Below the pieces are notes generated by a model that had not been told where the DNA came from, did not search any database, and was given only the letters and a program-made list of their open reading frames with translations. 64,000 bases of DNA. Origin: Nisaea sp. (GTDB lineage Bacteria > Pseudomonadota > Alphaproteobacteria > Thalassobaculales > Thalassobaculaceae). A program made the position numbers and the translations under genes. Every line of letters begins with the position of its first letter. Within the stretch, counting starts at the first letter, position 1. The stretch lies in contig NZ_JBDXGG010000016.1 in assembly GCF_039990255.1 (NCBI RefSeq), positions 94,958-158,957 of the forward strand. Reading direction: 5' to 3'. Shown piece after piece: positions 60,252-64,000 of the stretch.

Positions 60252-60578
60252 TTAAGCGTCGAGCACTTCGCCGGACCGTTTCGCGAAGCGGACCTTGCGG
60301 CCATCCTCGAGAATACGGATCCCGACGCGCGTCGGCTCGTTGGATTTCGGGTCGATATGCGCAACGTTCGAAACATGAACGGGCGCTTCTTTCTCAATAA
60401 TACCGCCGGCGCTGGTCTGGGTAGCGCGAGTGTGGCGCTTAACCATGTTCACACCCTGGACCAGGACACGGTTCTCATCCGTGATGACGCGCAGAATTTC
60501 GCCCGTCTTTCCCTTGTCCCTGCCGGTGGTGACGACAACTTTATCGCCCTTTTTCACCTTAAACTTCGTTGCCATCAC
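60252..60578 (-). CDS. rplX: 50S ribosomal protein L24
   Basis: '[22 protein letters not shown]'. It makes an ATGA overlap with the rplN stop. Confidence 0.96.
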   Translation of the reverse strand: MMATKFKVKKGDKVVVTTGRDKGKTGEILRVITDENRVLVQGVNMVKRHTRATQTSAGGIIEKEAPVHVSNVAHIDPKSNEPTRVGIRILEDGRKVRFAKRSGEVLDA

Positions 60579-60943
60579 AGCACCTCCGGTGCAAGCGAGA
60601 CGATCTTCATGAACTTCTTGGCACGAAGTTCACGGGTCACCGGACCAAAAATACGCGTCCCGATCGGCTCGTTCTGCTTGTTGATGAGCACCGCAGCGTT
60701 GTTATCGAACCGGATCGTAGAGCCGTCATTCCGACGGATCTCCTTGGCGGTCCGGACAATAACGGCCCGAAGCACTTCACCCTTTTTAACGCGGCCCCGC
60801 GGAATTGCTTCCTTGACGGAGACCACAATCACGTCACCAACGGCAGCGACTTTGCGCTTGGAGCCGCCGAGAACCTTAATGCACTGAACACGGCGCGCGC
60901 CGGAATTGTCTGCGACATCAAGGTTGGACTGCATCTGGATCAT
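60575..60943 (-). CDS. rplN: 50S ribosomal protein L14
   Basis: '[28 protein letters not shown]'. Confidence 0.97.
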   Translation of the reverse strand: MIQMQSNLDVADNSGARRVQCIKVLGGSKRKVAAVGDVIVVSVKEAIPRGRVKKGEVLRAVIVRTAKEIRRNDGSTIRFDNNAAVLINKQNEPIGTRIFGPVTRELRAKKFMKIVSLAPEVL

Positions 60944-60961
60944 GTCGTCGCTCCCTGCCGC

Positions 60962-61210
60962 TTAGGCGTTGCTACCAGCATCATCGGTGACAACGGTCCA
61001 GTTCTTGCGCTTCGAAATCGGAGCACATTCCTGGATCCGCACAATGTCACCGACCTTGTACTGGTTTTGCTCGTCATGTGCCGCGAATTTCTTCGAGCGC
61101 TTGATGAACTTCTTGTAGATCGGATGCATGACGCGGCGTTCGACGCGAACGACGATTGATTTCTCGCCCTTATCGCTTACCACGGTGCCCTGCAAAATTC
61201 GCCTCGGCAT
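60962..61210 (-). CDS. rpsQ: 30S ribosomal protein S17
   Basis: '[31 protein letters not shown]'. Confidence 0.97.
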   Translation of the reverse strand: MPRRILQGTVVSDKGEKSIVVRVERRVMHPIYKKFIKRSKKFAAHDEQNQYKVGDIVRIQECAPISKRKNWTVVTDDAGSNA

Positions 61211-61236
61211 TTCTCGTCTCCTAAATCCAACGCTGC

Positions 61237-61440
61237 TTAAGCGCTGGCCTGCCCGTGCAGGATCGTCTTGATGCGCGCGATCTCACGGCGCACCTGCCGC
61301 ATCCGCGCAGTGTTCTCCAGCTGACCGTTGGCACGCTGAAAACGAAGGTTGAAAGCCTCCTTCTTCAGGTCCACCAGGCTGGTTTTCAGCTCATCGCCCG
61401 TCTTGGCACGAAGATCTGTTGCTGCGTTGTTTGCCATCAT
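61237..61440 (-). CDS. rpmC: 50S ribosomal protein L29
   Basis: '[26 protein letters not shown]'. The start is the MM pair just after the rplP stop (the ORF opens at 61464). Confidence 0.93.
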   Translation of the reverse strand: MMANNAATDLRAKTGDELKTSLVDLKKEAFNLRFQRANGQLENTARMRQVRREIARIKTILHGQASA

Positions 61441-61453
61441 TCTCTCCCGCGGC

Positions 61454-61867
61454 CTATTCGCCAAGCCGGGCTATGAAGCGCGTATCAAGCGGAAGCTTGG
61501 CTGCGGCAAGCGTAAACGCTTCCTCTGCCAGATCCCGCGGAACGCCTTCGAGCTCGAACATGATCCGACCGGGCTTGACACGGGCGACCCAGAATTCCGG
61601 GGTGCCCTTACCTTTACCCATACGTACTTCCGCCGGCTTCGACGACACCGGAACATCCGGGAAAATCCGGATCCACACCCGGCCTGAACGGCGGATGTGA
61701 CGGGTGATCGCACGACGTGCGGCCTCAATCTGACGGGCAGTAACACGCGCGGGTGTCAGTGCCTTCAGACCGAAAGAACCGAAATTCAACGTCGTACCGC
61801 CTTTTGCATTTCCGTGGATCCGGCCTTTGTGGGCCTTACGGAATTTTGTGCGCTTCGGACTAAGCAT
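61454..61867 (-). CDS. rplP: 50S ribosomal protein L16
   Basis: '[16 protein letters not shown]' and 'RMGKGKG.PE.WVA'. Confidence 0.97.
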   Translation of the reverse strand: MLSPKRTKFRKAHKGRIHGNAKGGTTLNFGSFGLKALTPARVTARQIEAARRAITRHIRRSGRVWIRIFPDVPVSSKPAEVRMGKGKGTPEFWVARVKPGRIMFELEGVPRDLAEEAFTLAAAKLPLDTRFIARLGE

Positions 61868-61895
61868 CTATCTAACCTCTATCCTATCCGCCGGC

Positions 61896-62576
61896 TCAGC
61901 GCTGATGACCAGGCTGGTCGGTCAGCCGCTTTTCGTGGGCGAGCGGATCGTGTTCAAGAATCTCGCCCTTGAAGACCCAGACCTTGACGCCGCAGGCGCC
62001 ATATGTGGTCTGCGCGGTGGACTCGCCATAATCGATATCCGCACGCAGCGTGTGCAGCGGAACGCGGCCTTCGCGGTACCATTCGGTCCGAGCGATTTCC
62101 GCGCCGCCAAGACGGCCGGCACAGTTGATCCGGATGCCCTGGGCGCCAAGACGCATTGCCGACTGAACGGCCCGCTTCATGGCACGACGGAATGCAACCC
62201 GGCGCTCCAGCTGCTGCGCGATATTATCCGCGACCAGCTTGGCGTCGATTTCCGGCTTCCGGATCTCGAGGATGTTCAGGCTCACTTCGGTGCCGACCAT
62301 CTTGGAGAGATCCTGGCGGAGCTTCTCGATATCCTGGCCCTTCTTGCCGATCACAACGCCCGGACGAGCGGTGTAGATAGCAACGCGGCAACGCTTCGCC
62401 GGACGTTCGATGACGACACGGGAAACACCGGCCTGCGCCAGGCGCTTGTGCAAATAGCGACGGAGACGAATGTCTTCGTGCAGCAGGTCGCCATAATCCT
62501 TGGCAGCGAACCAACGGGAATCCCAGGTCCGGTTGATGCCGAGGCGAAGCCCGATCGGATTAACTTTATGACCCAT
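61896..62576 (-). CDS. rpsC: 30S ribosomal protein S3
   Basis: '[24 protein letters not shown]' and the KH domain 'VVIERPAK'. Confidence 0.97.
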   Translation of the reverse strand: MGHKVNPIGLRLGINRTWDSRWFAAKDYGDLLHEDIRLRRYLHKRLAQAGVSRVVIERPAKRCRVAIYTARPGVVIGKKGQDIEKLRQDLSKMVGTEVSLNILEIRKPEIDAKLVADNIAQQLERRVAFRRAMKRAVQSAMRLGAQGIRINCAGRLGGAEIARTEWYREGRVPLHTLRADIDYGESTAQTTYGACGVKVWVFKGEILEHDPLAHEKRLTDQPGHQR

Positions 62577-62956
62577 TATTCGGTCTCCCCGCGCTCACGC
62601 ACAACAACGGTCAGGTGCGAAAACGGCTTCATGATTTTGCCGACACGCCCCCGCGCCCGCGGACGGAAGCGCTTCATGACGATGCTCTTGCCGACCGAAG
62701 CTTCCTTAATGAAAAGCCGGTCAACATCAAGCTGATGATTGTTCTCAGCATTCGCGATTGCGGACTGCAGGAGCTTCTTCACATCGTCGGAGATGCGACG
62801 GCGGGAGAAGGTCAGGGCCGCGAGGGCCTTGTCCACATCCATACCGCGGATCATCTGCGCGACGACATTAAGCTTCTGCGGGCTCACGCGCACATTGCGG
62901 AGCACCGCTTTCGCCTCGGTATCGTCCAGTCGACGTTCGACCGCACTCTTGCCCAT
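62576..62956 (-). CDS. rplV: 50S ribosomal protein L22
   Basis: '[22 protein letters not shown]' and '[22 protein letters not shown]'. Confidence 0.97.
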   Translation of the reverse strand: MGKSAVERRLDDTEAKAVLRNVRVSPQKLNVVAQMIRGMDVDKALAALTFSRRRISDDVKKLLQSAIANAENNHQLDVDRLFIKEASVGKSIVMKRFRPRARGRVGKIMKPFSHLTVVVRERGETE

Positions 62957-62972
62957 GGTCTCTGCTCCAGTC

Positions 62973-63248
62973 CTAGCGCCGCGACTTCTTATCGGCCGTA
63001 TGGCCGTAATAAGTCCGGGTCGGCGCGAATTCGCCGAGTTTGTGTCCGACCATGTTCTCGGTCACGAGGACCGGAATGAACTTCTGGCCATTATGAACCC
63101 CAAAGGTCAGTCCGACGAACTGCGGCAGAACGGTCGACCGGCGTGACCAGGTCTTAATGACCTCGTTACGACCAGACGCGCGCGACGCATCGGACTTCTT
63201 CAGGAGATACCCGTCTACAAACGGGCCTTTCCAAACAGAACGTGACAA
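62973..63248 (-). CDS. rpsS: 30S ribosomal protein S19
   Basis: '[11 protein letters not shown]' and '[26 protein letters not shown]'. Confidence 0.97.
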   Translation of the reverse strand: MSRSVWKGPFVDGYLLKKSDASRASGRNEVIKTWSRRSTVLPQFVGLTFGVHNGQKFIPVLVTENMVGHKLGEFAPTRTYYGHTADKKSRR

Positions 63249-63261
63249 CGTCTATCTCCTC

Positions 63262-64000
63262 TTACTTCCGGCGCCGACGCACAATAAGGCGATCGGTTTT
63301 CTTGTTGCTGCGCGTACGCTTACCTTTGGTCGGCTTACCCCATGGTGTCACCGGATGGCGACCACCAGAGGTCCGGCCTTCACCACCACCATGTGGGTGG
63401 TCGACCGGGTTCATAACGACACCACGAACATGCGGGCGTTTACCGAGCCAGCGGGAGCGGCCCGCCTTGCCAAGCTTGACGTTCTGCTGGTCCGGATTGG
63501 ATACCGCACCGACAGTTGCCATACATTCACCGCGGACCATCCGGACTTCACCCGACGTCAGACGAAGCAGGGCATAACCCTGGTCGCGACCGACGATCTG
63601 AACATAAGCACCGGCGGAGCGCGCGATCTGACCGCCCTTGCCTGCCTTGAACTCCACGTTATGGACGATCGTGCCCACCGGGATGCTCTTCAGCGGCATA
63701 GCATTGCCTGGCTTGATGTCAGCGCGCTCACCGGCGATGACCTTGTCACCAGCCTTGAGACGCTGCGGCGCCAGAATGTAGGCCAGTTCACCATCGTCAT
63801 ATTTGATCAGCGCAATGAAGGCGGTCCGGTTCGGATCGTATTCGAGCCGCTCGACCGTTCCCGCCACGTCGAATTTGCGGCGCTTGAAGTCGATGATGCG
63901 GTATTTACGCTTATGTCCGCCGCCGCGCCAGAAAGACGTGGTGCGGCCCGTATTATTCCGTCCGCCGGACTTGGTCAGACCACGGGTCAATGCTTTGACC
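63262..64000 (-). CDS. rplB: 50S ribosomal protein L2 (5' end lies beyond the window)
   Basis: 'GGRNN.GR.T...RGGGHKR.YR.IDFKR' and '[13 protein letters not shown]'. The reading frame is still open at 64000. Confidence 0.95.
   Translation of the reverse strand, partial: VKALTRGLTKSGGRNNTGRTTSFWRGGGHKRKYRIIDFKRRKFDVAGTVERLEYDPNRTAFIALIKYDDGELAYILAPQRLKAGDKVIAGERADIKPGNAMPLKSIPVGTIVHNVEFKAGKGGQIARSAGAYVQIVGRDQGYALLRLTSGEVRMVRGECMATVGAVSNPDQQNVKLGKAGRSRWLGKRPHVRGVVMNPVDHPHGGGEGRTSGGRHPVTPWGKPTKGKRTRSNKKTDRLIVRRRRK

Noticed and set aside
52116-64000. Absence of rpsD, rpmJ and infA from the spc/alpha ribosomal cluster
   Set aside because: From memory, these genes are commonly located elsewhere in Alphaproteobacteria. 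There are no gaps or pseudogene traces at the expected positions, so this is not evidence of deletion.

Overview
High-GC (over 60% by eye) chromosomal segment, most likely from an alphaproteobacterium. Supporting features are an ATP12 chaperone, DUF1194 paralogs, an ispH-thrB-rnhA cluster, and an S10/spc/alpha ribosomal cluster lacking rpsD, rpmJ and infA. Most of the window is core metabolism and housekeeping. It includes a sugar-acid-type catabolic cluster, a dimethylglycine-dehydrogenase-like gene, and gcvTHP behind a tandem glycine riboswitch. It also includes ohrR/ohr, a tesA-like/ybbA/ybbP-like unit, a cobalamin-riboswitch-controlled ABC importer, pccB, an AsmA-family protein, crcB, rarA and degP. 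The last 12 kb carry rplB through rplQ with secY, adk and rpoA. The outstanding anomaly is a ~3.2 kb AT-rich islet (about 31.9-35.08 kb) with no mobility genes. It encodes an 839-aa protein with an MTA/SAH-nucleosidase-like (PNP_UDP) N-terminal domain, a central module laid out like a STAND/NACHT NTPase with a glycine-less Walker A, and a helical C-terminal region. A 170-aa ORF follows, and its frame is reachable by a -1 shift on an A7 tract. I interpret this as a candidate NLR-like or abortive-infection defence locus that I cannot assign to a named system. Other accessory oddities are a secreted thaumatin-family (PR-5-like) protein, a ~117-bp diverged duplication of a LysR/DMT divergent promoter region bracketing a serine-hydrolase gene, and tandem DUF1194 genes. 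All calls rest on reading the translated ORFs and the nucleotide sequence. No database search was run.
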